DNA of 64,000 nt from Octopus sinensis (GCF_006345805.1 NC_043010.1:15004001-15068000), one strand, 5' to 3'; positions 23,376 through 36,496 are shown, counted from the first letter of the stretch. Notes: a model not told the origin generated them from the letters alone. Made by a program: numbers and translations.

Positions 23376-23807
23376 TATATATATATATATATAAATATAT
23401 ATATAACATATATATATATATATATATAACATATATTTATGTATATATGTGAAAACGGAACGACATCTTTCCCAAAGCAAGCTACTCAATCATACAGTAA
23501 AGACAACTATACAGTGAGTCCTTTTTTCATAGGACCAGTTGACCGGGGACCCAACACACAGCAACAAACACATAGGACATTTCATGAGAAGTGACCCTGT
23601 ATTTAAAGACACTGAACTCAATATTTTACGACCAGGAATTTTTCCCAAGCGCAGTTATCTATTGACATTTAACAAAATGCACAAAACTTTAATGCCCATG
23701 AGACAACGCATACATAGACACACAAATATACAGACCGTTACGAAGATACACGTACATACACAACACCACTCCTATTTAGCAATCAGACCCTTTCATACAT
23801 ATGTGCT

Positions 23808-23838
<31 letters not shown>

Positions 23839-23990
23839 GTGTGCGTGCGTGTGAGTATATGTTTATATGTATGTACGCCGCATCTATAGGTATATATATA
23901 GATAGATAGATATACATACAGTACATACATACATACTATACATACATACACACACACTAACATATATACATATATATATATATGTGTGCT

Positions 23991-24021
<31 letters not shown>

Positions 24022-24989
24022 CTGTGAGTGTGTGTCTGTGTATATATATATATACAATTTTTATGAATATATACATATTTTAAGCATGTATATGTTGATA
24101 TAAAATACACATACCCCTTCATACATACATATATATCTATCTATCTATCTATCTATATATATATATACATACATATATATATACATATAAATATACATAT
24201 AAATATAAATATATATATATATTTATATATATATATATGTATATATATACATACACGGTATATATGTATACACACAGACACATATACATAACACATGTAA
24301 ATATTACATATATAGCATATATAGATATGTAGATATCTACATATATAAACATAAATACGTACACACACATATCTCTCTACATATTTGCGTAAATAGATAA
24401 ATATAAATACACATGCACACACATACATGCATATATATAGACGTGGCTGTGTGTGTCTGTGTGTGTTCACCTACATATTGTATAAAATCAATATGACAGT
24501 TACAACGATAACTTTAGTCTCTGCTTGCTGCTGTTATATTGCCATAAATGTCACAACGTCTGTTACACGATACTCTATAAATACTCTTTATTTAGATTTA
24601 ATGGTATGTAAAAATAGAAAACTTTGAAGAAATGCTTAGATTTGAGAATGCCAATGTTTACACAAGCATTCGAACTTAAAAACTGAATGGATCTTCCGTC
24701 AGTTCCCAAGATGACTATTCTAGTTATTCGATCAACTGATCTCTCTGCTGATTAAATTATTATCTTATTGGTGACTGAGAACTCTATCCCATGGTGCGTC
24801 TGAAGCAGAAGAAGTATTATAATTATGGAGAATATTGACGCATTGAATTATAGGTACTATCCAGAGGGCGTCATTTCACGTGGTATTCTTTTGCCCACTT
24901 TCTTTGGCAAGGTTTTTGAGGGAAACGAGGCCCTGGTGAGAGACAGTTGCAGAGAATATCGCTCGGTGGAGTTGCATTCTGACTCATAC

Positions 24990-26140
24990 GAGAAAGGTAA
25001 TAATGAAGATTAGCGACGGCAAACGTAACGATGAGAATTCGGGTCAGGAAAGGTAATGGTGAAGATTAGCGTCGGAAACCCAGTACTGAAAATTAGCGTC
25101 GGGAAATGCAACGGTGAAAATTAGCTTCGGTGATGGTAATGGTGAGTGTCAGGACAAGCAATAATTAAATTTCGAATCGAGACCTGCAATAATAAGGATT
25201 TACATCATAAAGGATTATGCTTTTTGGAGACAAAATCTTAGTGGAAAATTATATGTGAGGATCTTTTCGGTTTGAACGGCAGTTTTTTTACATAATTTCT
25301 AGATAACTAAAAAATTTTAAACTTCGTAGAATGTGTTTATAAAACATCTTTTTCTCTTGGCTTTATTGAGAAAATTCTAGAGTTTGTAAGATATTTGTTG
25401 TTTTTTTCTTCAATTTCTGCAATTTCAACCAATCACTGACGTCTATTGAGGTAAATAACATTCTGTGCCGTATGAATATGTCCCTCGTTTAAGAAACATA
25501 TTGGGTTTATTTACATTTCTGAAGAAAAAAAAGATATCCTTCCCCCCACCCCTAACCTTAACCCTAACACTAAAAGAGATTGAAATGCAATAGATCGATT
25601 CTAGGGTCATAATTATGGGTGACAATTTCATATGACACCGCTAGAAAAAACTGCCGTTCAAACCGAAAAGTTCCATATGTGATACATCATCCATGGGAAA
25701 CCAAACGTGAAGATTAGGGTCGGGAAATGTAATGGTAAGTATTAGAACTGCAATGATAAAATCTACAGCCGGATATATCAATGGTAAACAATCCTGTTGA
25801 TTTATGAAGGTTGCGAAGTTGAGTGATGGAAAGGGCAATAATAACGATTATCTAAGAGAAAGGCAAACATAAAGATTACCAATGCGAGAAGTAATGATAG
25901 ATATTCGCGTCAGCAAAGGCAGTAATAAAGATTGATGTTAGAAAAAGTGAAAGTATGAAAAATGGCGTCGGGAAAAAGAAATACGAAGACTAGTGTCGAG
26001 AAAGGCTGCGGTAAATATTATCAGGAGATAAACAGTCTCAGCGATGAGCATCGGAAAAAAAAGCGAGTGTAAGAAATAGCGCAAAGAAGTGCAGAGGTGA
26101 AGATACGTATAGGGAGAAGTAATTGTAGATATTCATAAAA
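24990..26140. repeat. Ancient degenerate ~28-bp tandem repeat (consensus about AGGTAATGRTGAAGATTAGCGTCGGGAA), split by a MITE
   Basis: Units AGGTAATAATGAAGATTAGCGACGGCAA, ACGTAACGATGAGAATTCGGGTCAGGAA, AGGTAATGGTGAAGATTAGCGTCGGAAA; periodicity continues after 25682. Confidence 0.7.
25259..25674. mobile_element. MITE, 416 bp, ~24-bp TIRs GGATCTTTTCGGTTTGAACGGCAG, 8-bp TSD ATATGTGA
   Basis: TIRs and TSD (25251-25258, 25675-25682) visible; internal CCCTAA repeats; second copy at 41448. Confidence 0.92.
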
Positions 26141-26282
26141 CGTCCGTATCAAGGGGAAACTGTGTGCGATAAATTTTCCGAACGAAACAGGCCAAGACAA
26201 TTTATATGGAAACTTAGAATTTGATTTCCATACACAGGACGAATATCTCTTTGCTCCTTTCGTTGCTGAGGGTTCAAACATA

Positions 26283-26490
26283 CTCTTTACTCTTTTACTT
26301 GTTTCAGTCATTTGACTGCGGCCATGCTGGAGTACCGCCTTTAATCGAGCAATTCGACCCTGGGACTCATTCTTTTGTAAGCCCATTACTTATTCTATCG
26401 GTCTCTTTTGCCGACCCGCTAAGTTACGGGGACATAAACACACCAGCATCGGATGTCAAGTGATGTTGGAGGGACAAACACAGACAGACT
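26283..26490 (-). mobile_element. SINE-A 3' half
   Basis: Homology to other copies. Confidence 0.85.
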
Positions 26491-26565
26491 TGCTTTTTGT
26501 GACAACAAAAAAAAAGGGGGGGTGAATATAGAATTTATTAACACCACATCAGGGACCCGTCACTT

Positions 26566-26859
26566 GTTGTTTGTTCTTTCTCGAGCCATGCCTGGCTCAT
26601 AAGGGCCGGTTTCCCGGTTTCCTTGGCGTATAGGTCCCCCACCTGGATGGGACGCCAGTCCGTCGCAGGTGAGCTGCAAGATGCAGGTGCAAAGAGTGGC
26701 GAAAGAGTCAGCAGAAGTTTCGCCTTTACCTAGTACTGGAGCCTCATGGAGCTTAGGTGTTTTCGCTCATAAACACACGCATCACCCGGTCTGAGATTCG
26801 AACCCGCGATCCCTCGACTGCATGTCCGCTGCTCTAGCCACTAGGTCATATGCCTCCAC
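26566..26859 (-). mobile_element. SINE-B2, TSD ACCCGTCACTT
   Basis: Reverse complement of 18109-18419; direct repeats 26555-26565 and 26860-26870. Confidence 0.9.
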
Positions 26860-27232
26860 ACCCGTCACTTCTACTCATAGACAAGTAGTAGCTATTTAAG
26901 GATTACACAGTACACGGAAAGAATTACATTTTCTGAAAAAATATTGCTTTTATCGTAAGGAACAGAGCTTTGATTAAGGGCTTGTAAATATCAACTGTAT
27001 TTCAGTGGGGTGTGTAGATAAAAACTTATAAGATGTGCACGTAGCCAAATTTACAAGAAATCTCAATCGTTTCATCAAAACCACGCACTCGTAAAGTTAC
27101 CATACATTTCCACTAATCCTATTCCTGTGTGTTGCTTCTAGTGATATATAAATGCATGGAAATGGAAGAAGGAATCTGACAGAAACACGGGTACTGTGTT
27201 TGATGGAACGATTGTTATATTGCTGGATATAT

Positions 27233-27324
27233 TGATAGACAGACAGACAGACTGATAGACAGATAAATAGATAGATTCATAGATAGATAAATAGATATAT
27301 AGATAGATTCATAGATAGATAGAT

Positions 27325-27390
<66 letters not shown>

Positions 27391-27425
27391 CAGATTCATA
27401 GATAATTAGATAGATAGATAGATTC
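27233..27425. repeat. (GATA)n microsatellite
   Basis: Visible. Confidence 0.95.
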
Positions 27426-27987
27426 ATTATATCTATATATCTCTCTCATTCTCTCTACATATATATGCATGTGTGTATTTATACACACATCTACATATAC
27501 ATAATAGATATAAATAAGTAAATTTAAATAGAATATATGCATTTATTATATGTATTATGCCCATATTATATATATACATTTCTATATGCAAGCATATATA
27601 ATTCCTATTTGTGTGTGTGTGTGTGTATGTGTGTGTGTAATATTAATAATCAGGTTGTTGAAATATAAAATTTTAAATAATATGCATTTAGTAATGAAAA
27701 GATTCAATACTTTTAGTAGAATCAAATTTATTATACACATTGTATAGACAGGAATTTTAAGTTTTGCCTCTAGCATCTCATTCAACATCTGATCAAAATA
27801 CAGTGTATATATTTATACAAGAAATTTTCATAAAGAGGGGGATGTGTATATGGAATTGTTGGGAACTAACGTTTGCGAGAGGGTAGCGGTAAATTATTTT
27901 GAATTCAGATAAGTCTGTGAATGAAATTTCAAGAACGTTTTTTCTTTTTATATGCGGTATAAATAAGAAAAAAACAAAATGGAATCT

Positions 27988-28297
27988 TATAATAATAATT
28001 TTAGAAACAACAACAACAACACAACAACAACACCAATAATAATAATCATACCATATGATGAAAAGAAGGGCGAAGAAGAAAAAGTAGAAAGAAGAAGAAG
28101 AAGAAGAAGAAGAAGAGAAGAAGAAGAAGAAGGAGAATAGAATGAAGAAGAAGAGAAGAAGAGAAGAAGAAGAAGAATGCAGCAGAAGAAGCAGAAGAAG
28201 AAGAAGAAGACGAAGAAGAAGAAAATGAAGAAGAAGAAGACTGAAGAAGAATAATAAGAAGAAGAAGAAGAGAAGAAGAAGAAGAAGAAGAAGAAGA

Positions 28298-28330
<33 letters not shown>

Positions 28331-28332
28331 AG

Positions 28333-28364
<32 letters not shown>

Positions 28365-28370
28365 GTAGCA
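27988..28370. repeat. (AAC)n/(GAA)n/(GCA)n trinucleotide tract
   Basis: Visible; source of the poly-L/F/S ORFs. Confidence 0.95.
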
Positions 28371-29654
28371 GTTGGATAAGGAGAGAAAACTGTAGAACCA
28401 GTAAAAACTGAAAAAAAAAAACTGAAAATAAAAATAAAGAGACGAAGAATAAGGAAAACCAGAAGAGAAAAATATATGGCAAAGAAACCAGGGGAAATAA
28501 TTCATAGAAAATAATTTAATATGTGCAAAGTTATATGAACAGTGAAAAGGAAGGGGGGATTCGGGGCAGAGTGGTTGAATAGCTTATGAGGTGTTTATGT
28601 GAGTGTGTGTATGTGTGGGGAGATAATTTATGTGATAAAATTGCGCGCGTGCTAATAATACACACACATTGATATCTAATAAATATGTATATGCCTATAT
28701 ATATATGTCTGTGTGTGTGTATACATATATATATATTAATAGAAATATGTGTATATATGTAGGTATATATAGATATAGGTATAATATTTACATACACAAA
28801 AAGGTACAAGTACGCCCATATATGAGCATAATACATGGATATATATATATATATCATATATATATATATATATATATACATATATATATACATAATAATA
28901 TATTATTATATATATATAATTTATATAATATATACAAGAAAGAGAGAGAGAAAGAAAGAGAGAGAGAGAGAGGGGGAACGAAGAGAGTTAGATAGAAAGA
29001 TAGTAAAAAAGTTATATATACATGCAGTCATTATATTTACACAGGTGTATTTGTGCTTTTATGCACACACACCAGTGTGCTATGTCTATCCTACGCTACC
29101 TGCTATAAATTAGCTTTTCTCTCCTTTCACCTCTTTAAATCTGCCCTTATGTCTGGGCCTTCCATTTTTTTTTCTTTTACCTCAGCTACATATAAAGAAA
29201 TTAAAAATTTAAAACAGATGGTGTGTTAATATTTAACTCTGCTACCTATTACCTGAATGCAAAATAAATTATCAATATATTTTCACATCAGTAAAATCTA
29301 ATCCTGCCCACAACTTTCTTGGAACAGCTATTTTGTATAAGTCTCAAAAAAACTCCGTATTTTGATCAGTGAGTGTATCAGTCGCTGTGGGGGATACTGA
29401 GTTGCAGACGTGACCATGAAACAAGATGGTGGCTCGTTTCTTGGATCGCGTTACGAGTTGTGTCAAATTGCGTAACGCTTCAATTCACATTGCTCCACTC
29501 CATTCAACAAGAAATGAGAACCAATTCTTTCTCGATGTTCTGTTTGATCAAGCGTGGAAGGGAATAGATCCCCCCACCCAAAATAAGAACAACAACGCGA
29601 GGACGTGGTACATATATATATATATATGTGTGTGTATATATATATATATATACT

Positions 29655-29858
29655 ATCGTCTGTCCGAGTCAGACGCCAAGATAGATCGTTAGCCACTACA
29701 CACATTTTTTTCTCTCCTTGTTTTTTCTGTGTCCCTTTCTGTAGAAGAGCGTAGGCTCGAAACGTAAAAGACTTTTTCTATTCCTGAGCGTTATACTAAT
29801 ACATCTGTTTGTTTTGTACACCACCTGTCTTCGTCTTTTGTTTTTTCGTAAACTCCCT
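29655..29858 (+). mobile_element. Family P1 element with minimal hammerhead variant, between (TA)n tracts
   Basis: CTTT-CTGTAGA-A-GAGC-GTAG-GCTC-GAAA-CG-TA-AAAG (29735-29770). Confidence 0.7.
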
Positions 29859-30242
29859 ATATATCTATATATATATATATATAATAGAAATAATTAATTT
29901 TCAGTTGAATTAGGTACTTAAGTTGAGTCACCAAGGCAGTCCGGTATTATCCACACAGCTCGAAGGTGAATAAAATCAAAATAAGTAACAGGATATCATG
30001 TATTAGTGCAATGCGACCGTTTCAAGCAGCTCCATTTAATTGAACAATTCAAGCTTTTGATTCTAGGCCTGCTAGATCAACGTTGTCTTCCAGTTAAAAG
30101 GACAAAATATAAATACCGCTGGTTGTTTGATTGACGCTTTAAGATTTAGTCCTCCACATCGTCTTGATAAATAATGATAGTAAATTGGCGAGCTGGTAGA
30201 ATCGTTAGCACACCGGGCAAAATGCTTAGCAACATTTCTTCT

Positions 30243-30533
30243 GTAGTAAAGATTGCCAACATAATATGGCTGTCTCAGTCTAGGACGAATGTCGTTGTAA
30301 TTGAGCCCCAGGAGACATCGTCTCCGGCTGGCTATACGACACGATCTGTGTCCTTACATTTTCAAAGAAGGGAATCTAGCAACCCCACTCAGTTAGATTC
30401 CCTTGTTCGAAAATATAAGGACACAGAACGTGTCGTATAGCCAGCTGGAGACGATCCCTTCTGGGACTAAATTACAGCAACATTCGCCCTAGACCGAGAC
30501 TGCCATGTTATGTTGGCAAACAATCTTTACTAC
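30243..30533. mobile_element. ~290-bp foldback (palindromic) element inserted into an old SINE-C
   Basis: GTAGTAAAGATTGCCAACATAA...TTATGTTGGCAAACAATCTTTACTAC, arms pairing to a ~9-nt centre near 30390; SINE-C head 30186-30244 resumes near 30589. Confidence 0.85.
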
Positions 30534-31474
30534 AAAGTACTTTTTGCTGGATATCTCACGTTGTGAGATTTAAAAATAGTAATTTTCTAACATTTCTTCT
30601 GTCTGTGCGTTCTGAGATCAAATTCCGCCGTGATCGACATTGCCTTTCATCCTTTTGAGGACAAGAAAATAAGAGCCAATTAAGCAATCGCGTCAATCTA
30701 ATTGACCTTCTCCAATATTGATGACCTTGTAATAAAATTTGAAACCAGTACAATAATGGTTTCTGATTCAATGGGAATGGATTAGTCGGTATTATCGACT
30801 GTAGCACTTGGCTGATACAATATTTGAGAAAAATTATATTAATATATCTTGTCTGTTGAAAACCCATATTTCTTGCAACTGAAGATGGCACTGTATTGGA
30901 ATTGATGTATTGTTGAACACAGAATTCTAACGAAGTTACTGTTCCTATATTAGAATATCCAGCCCCACCAGTACACACACCAACATACACACAAACACAC
31001 GGGCGCGCACAAACACACACACATATACATCGTTCAGCAAGTAGGGTTTCAAATGAATGTTGCATCGTTGGATAGGTGATAACCTATAGTATTAAACTTG
31101 CCATTGTTACTCGGCTCCATGAGCTGCACTTGACTAATATAGGAAATGGGGCCAAATAATTAATGAAGTTATAAAGATACCATGGAACGCGCTGGTTTCG
31201 TAATTCATAAGCATCTTCATATGCAGAAGCTGTCAGACAAGAGCGTGCAAAAATGCACAAAATCGAACGAACAGCTCGGTTTAACCGATCAGGATAATCT
31301 TTAGAACTATGTCACCGTTGATTGAGCATGGTTAAGCTACAATGACTTCAAGACCTATCAATAAGCAACAGATTGATGGGGCATAGGTTCTACTGAGCGA
31401 CAGATATAATACTCATGTAACGGCGGGATAGGCCACGAGAACATTTTCATTTCTTTATATATATATAATATATA

Positions 31475-31868
31475 CTAGCAGTATCACCCGGCGTTGCTCG
31501 GGTTTGTAAGGGAAATAACTATATAAGCATTTTTAGAGATGTAAAGTATAATAGCCATCTCAATATATCTAACCACAAAGGGGGGTGTTACTGTAGCTTT
31601 TTACGTTCTGAGACTTAATAATACATTTTTAGAGAGTTACTTCCCTTATATAATAGCAAAAAAATGCATTAAAAATGGGGAAAAATGATGGTAGATTTTT
31701 TTTTAAATCGTAGACTCATCGCAGACGAGCGCTACTACCCAGAAGGGCTCGATATGAATCACGACTATAAGATACCCGCTTTTGGTTACAATGCATCGCA
31801 AAATGTGGGAGTAGTTAGGAATCTATATCATAGGAGACAGACACACAACTTCACTTTTATATATAAGA
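31475..31868 (-). mobile_element. Non-autonomous Helitron
   Basis: Reverse-complement homologue of 37583-37976; subterminal hairpin and CTAG at 31475-31478. Confidence 0.85.
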
Positions 31869-31885
31869 ATATATATATATTATAT

Positions 31886-31926
<41 letters not shown>

Positions 31927-32060
31927 GTATATGTACATATATATTACGTATGTTATATATAGTATATATATATATATATATATGTATATAGACATATATA
32001 TATAGTTATGTATTATATATATAATATATATAATATATATATATATACATTATATATAAT

Positions 32061-32560
32061 GACTATGTATATACAAGTATAAAAAATCGTATACATAAAC
32101 AAATATCTATACATATCATACTAATATATAGGGTGATTGTATAATATAATATATATAGAGTCATCTCACCATATAAATAATATATATGCAGTTTGTGTGC
32201 GTGTGTTGCGTGTATATATGTATGCATATATATATAGTAAACACTATATATTCCTAGATTATATGTATTAAATGTAATATATACATATAGTATATTATTA
32301 TATATATACATTAATCTTATATCGGACTATGTATACAAGTATAAAAAATCGTATACATAAACAAATATCTAACATATCATTGCCTATATATAGATGTGGG
32401 TATATATATTATATATATATATATAGATATCTATCTCACCATATAAATATATATATGCAGTTTGTGTGCGATAATGTGCGTGTATATATTATGCATATAT
32501 TATATATATGTAAACACATATATTTCCTAATATATGTATAAATGTATATATATATATACA
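32061..32560. repeat. Two-copy tandem duplication (~264-bp unit) in AT-rich low-complexity DNA
   Basis: GACTATGTATA(TA)CAAGTATAAAAAATCGTATACATAAACAAATATCTA at 32061 and 32325. Confidence 0.8.
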
Positions 32561-32561
32561 T

Positions 32562-32600
<39 letters not shown>

Positions 32601-32675
32601 TATAAATATATATACATCTACATATATAATATTTAACAGTTAAGGATAACCTCTTAATAGGAATCTTAACAAGAA

Positions 32676-32729
<54 letters not shown>

Positions 32730-32794
32730 GATAGATAGATAGATACACAGAGATTGTATATATGCATATCTATGCGCGCACGCACACACACAAC

Positions 32795-32935
32795 TAAAAT
32801 GGCGGAACAGAGACATGAGAAGGATATTTACAGGAAAAGTGAAAAGAAACTTGCACACAACGGATGATGGCAAGTTCATTCCTTCATCGGTTGTCCCCCA
32901 CATATATCCTCACAATTTTAATTTGAAATGTATAC
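32795..32935 (-). mobile_element. Short dispersed repeat followed by (TACC)n; second copy 34397-34530
   Basis: AAAATRGCGG...GATATTTACAGGAAAA...CATTCCTTCAT...AAATGTATACCTAC in both copies. Confidence 0.7.
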
Positions 32936-33248
32936 CTACGTACCTACCTACGTACCTACCTACGTACCTACCTACGTACCTACCTACCTACGTACCTACC
33001 TACCTACCTACCCACCTACATATATACGTACCTATCTACATACACACACATACATACATACACAGACTCACACACACATATATGTATATATATACATAAG
33101 TATATATATATATATGTGCATATATATATGTCTATATAAAACATATGCATATACATGCATATATATATATAGGCATACATACACACATATATATGTATGT
33201 ATATATATATGTATATATTATATGAATATATGTATATATATAGGTATA

Positions 33249-33315
<67 letters not shown>

Positions 33316-33316
33316 C

Positions 33317-33360
<44 letters not shown>

Positions 33361-33444
33361 GTTTCCAGCATCAGCCACAACCGCCTCATTATATTCCATA
33401 CAATCATCAGCTCATCATCATCATTATCAGCTCATCATCATCAT

Positions 33445-33475
<31 letters not shown>

Positions 33476-34309
33476 ACATCATCATCATTATCGCTATATC
33501 TGTTGATTAAATGCCAACGACCAGTAACTTTTAATTGAAAGATTGAGCAATGCGTTTTGTATTTTATTTCATTGCTTGCGTCTGTCGTCGTTGTCATCGT
33601 CGTTATCGTCGTGATCCGCGTTGTTTTTGATATTATTATTATTATTATTTTTTGTGTGAATATTCTCCATCTGTAGACGACATATTCATTTAGTTAAGGG
33701 AGGCAATCAATTTGAATTGACCTCCCCCCCCCGCCCCACTAACTTAAATCATGTCTCTTACTCTGCTCCTACTCTCTATTTCAGACGCCATTTTTCTTTT
33801 CTCGTCAAATCATGAAATCAACTCCCGCTTTCAACGACCTATCAGAATTTCGTCCACATTTCTCCATGTTTCTCTATGCGTACACACACACAACACACAC
33901 ACACACACACACATACACACATGTATATGTCAACGTATTTATTTAGTTATATGTATGCGTGTGATGTTTGTGAATTCTTTTTCTAATATTTTGCTACTTC
34001 CCAGTATTTTAATTGAATAGTTCAAAAGATGAAAACGAGATTGATGTGTTGTCTTCTGTTTTGTTATATAGTATAGTATCAAGTGAAGACGTATTTTAGA
34101 ATACAGGCGAACATAAGCGTATAAATATATACGCTTATACATACATATATTATATTATGTATATGTGTATAACACACACACACACAAACACATACACGCA
34201 TATGTATGACATATAGGTATAACATACATACATATCATATAACACTAAAAATATGTATTGAATATATCAAAATGCAATACGCGTTTGCATAGACATACAC
34301 ACACATAAC

Positions 34310-34383
<74 letters not shown>

Positions 34384-34596
34384 GACACGCATAATTAAAA
34401 TAGCGGTAAAGAGAGATGAGAAAGATATTTACAGGAAAACTTTAAAAGAAACCTGCACATAGGAAGCTCATTCCTTCATTAGCTGTCGTACTAACATATC
34501 ACCACAGTTTCGATTCCAAATGTATACCTACCTACGTACTTACCCACTTACCTACCTACCTACCTACCTACCTACATACCTATCTACCTACCTACC

Positions 34597-35861
34597 ACGA
34601 CGGTAGTTGATGACGGACGCGATGTACGCGTTCGCCACCTCCGCCCGACCTTTTAGGGACAGCTTCCTCTCGGCCCATTGCCTGCAGAGAGTGGCCACCA
34701 TACTCGTTATCTCGTCCCAGTTTGGAGGTGTGGACCGAACCAGACTCCGAGCAATTTGACCGGCCCGTCCGTCCAGCGTCCCACTACTGAGGCGCTGGTG
34801 GACGGCATGAGCTTGCTTCTCCAGGTGCCCAGCCGCAAGCCCACTGACTTTTCTTGGTTGATTTTTTGCTCCTGTCACCGCTTCGTAGTCTTGCAGTGTC
34901 TCGCCAACTAGCTCGAGGTGCTCGTGGCTAGACACTATGACGTCGTCCGCGTATGCGGACACGCTCGTCCCGCCCCTCAGTTCTTGCAGGGTGCTCCTCA
35001 GTGTCGCCAGCTTTCGCAGTAGTGGCTCGAGAGTCAATATGTACATAAGCGACGAGAGGGGGCATCCCTGACAGACCGAAAGTGCAATGTCGAAAGGTTT
35101 CGATAGATGCCCATTCACGCGAATTACCGAACGGATGCCTCTGTACAAGGCAGCCATCCAGCCGCGGAATATGGGACCGAAGCCAGCCGCTATGAGGACA
35201 GCCTCCAAGTATCGATGGTCTACCCTATTGAAAGCTTTCGATTGATCCAAATTGATCAGGGCCCCACCCATGCCAGGTTCGTTAACTACCCTGACTATGA
35301 TGTAGCGCATCAGATGGGGGTTGTCATGGATTATCCGGCCCGGCACGGCGCAAGTTTGCGCCTTGTCACCAGTTTCTCGACGACAAGCGCCAACCTCTTG
35401 GCTAACACCTTGGCCAAAATTTTCAAGTCTGCATTGAGCAGAGTGATGGGCCTAAAGTTATCTATAATATCCATCTTGTTTTGATCTTTCTTTAGCAGCG
35501 TTACGGCTCCTCGACTCACAAAACCGGGTATGCTTTCGTTCTGCTGCCAGTTGCAGCACACCGCTGCCAAGACGTCTCCAAACAAATCTGGCATACAATT
35601 GTAAAGCTCATAGGGCAGACCATACAAACCTGGCGATTTGTCCCTTGAGTATCCCGCCATCGAATCCCTCACTTCCGCCGCCTTGATGGCACCTTCGCAA
35701 CACTCCGCCTCTCTTGTCGAGAGCCTTGGCAGGCTGTGCAGGTGGTCACTGGAGTCCACCCTGCGTTCTCGCTCGCCACTCGTCCCGAACATTCGGGCAA
35801 AATGCCGATGAAACGCCTCGCACATCTTGCTCGGCTCGAGCAATTCGTGCCCCTGTTCATC
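34597..35861 (-). pseudogene. L1/Tx1-clade LINE ORF2 fragment (reverse transcriptase domain), frameshifted
   Basis: KSPGLYGLPYELY, NFRPITLLNADLKILAKVLAKRL, LDQSKAFNRVDH, VCQGCPLS, AYADDV, LSLKGRAEVAN motifs over ORFs 35331-35843 and 34588-35346. Confidence 0.95.
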
Positions 35862-35865
35862 TACC

Positions 35866-36027
35866 GGTGGCGGCGGTGGTGGCGGTGGCGGCGGTTGCGG
35901 TGGTGGGGAGGTAGTGGTGGTGGTGGTAGTGGTGGTGATGGTGGTAGTGGTGGTGATTTTGGTAGAGGTGGTGATGGTGGTGGTATTGGTGGTGGCGGCG
36001 GCGGGTGGTGGTGGTGGTGGTGGTGAT
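35866..36027. repeat. (GGT/GGC)n tract
   Basis: Visible. Confidence 0.9.
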
Positions 36028-36496
36028 GTTTGTGGCAGAGTTCTTCCGATTCAGAGTAGTTTGACTGTGAAGCTGTCGTCTGGGTTCTTCCAATGTTTTC
36101 GTGTGTCGGTGTCGGTGGCGGTGGCGGTGTTGGCGTTCATGCTCACACCTGCACCTGTGTTGCTTCCCTCCCCTCCTTCCCCCCTCCCTCGTGAAGCTGT
36201 GGTGAAGGCAGGGTAGGGAAATCAACGTCGTAAGCGTTGTCAAGGAGACCAGCGTTCTTTTCGACAACGACTTCATGGTTTGAAGACGCCATCCTCAAAA
36301 CAGAAATGGCCATTTAAGCCGAAAACAAATTTACAGAATCGGGGAAACACGCCAGTCAGGGCAGGTTTCCTGTGCAAAGAATTTGCACAACCGAATGTAT
36401 TAGTTGTTGCATTTAAAAAATATAATACAATACACAACTTTTGAAGGCAATAAAAAGCAAACTTACTACGAGCCGATGTGACTATCGTCCGTCCAT

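Noticed and set aside
27793-28505. Poly-Leu/Phe membrane-protein-like ORFs
   Set aside because: Antisense translation of (GAA)n/(GCA)n repeats.
29900-30170. Minus-strand GAAACGGTC resembling a hammerhead 3' half next to (TA)n
   Set aside because: No matching CUGANGA or stem I found upstream.
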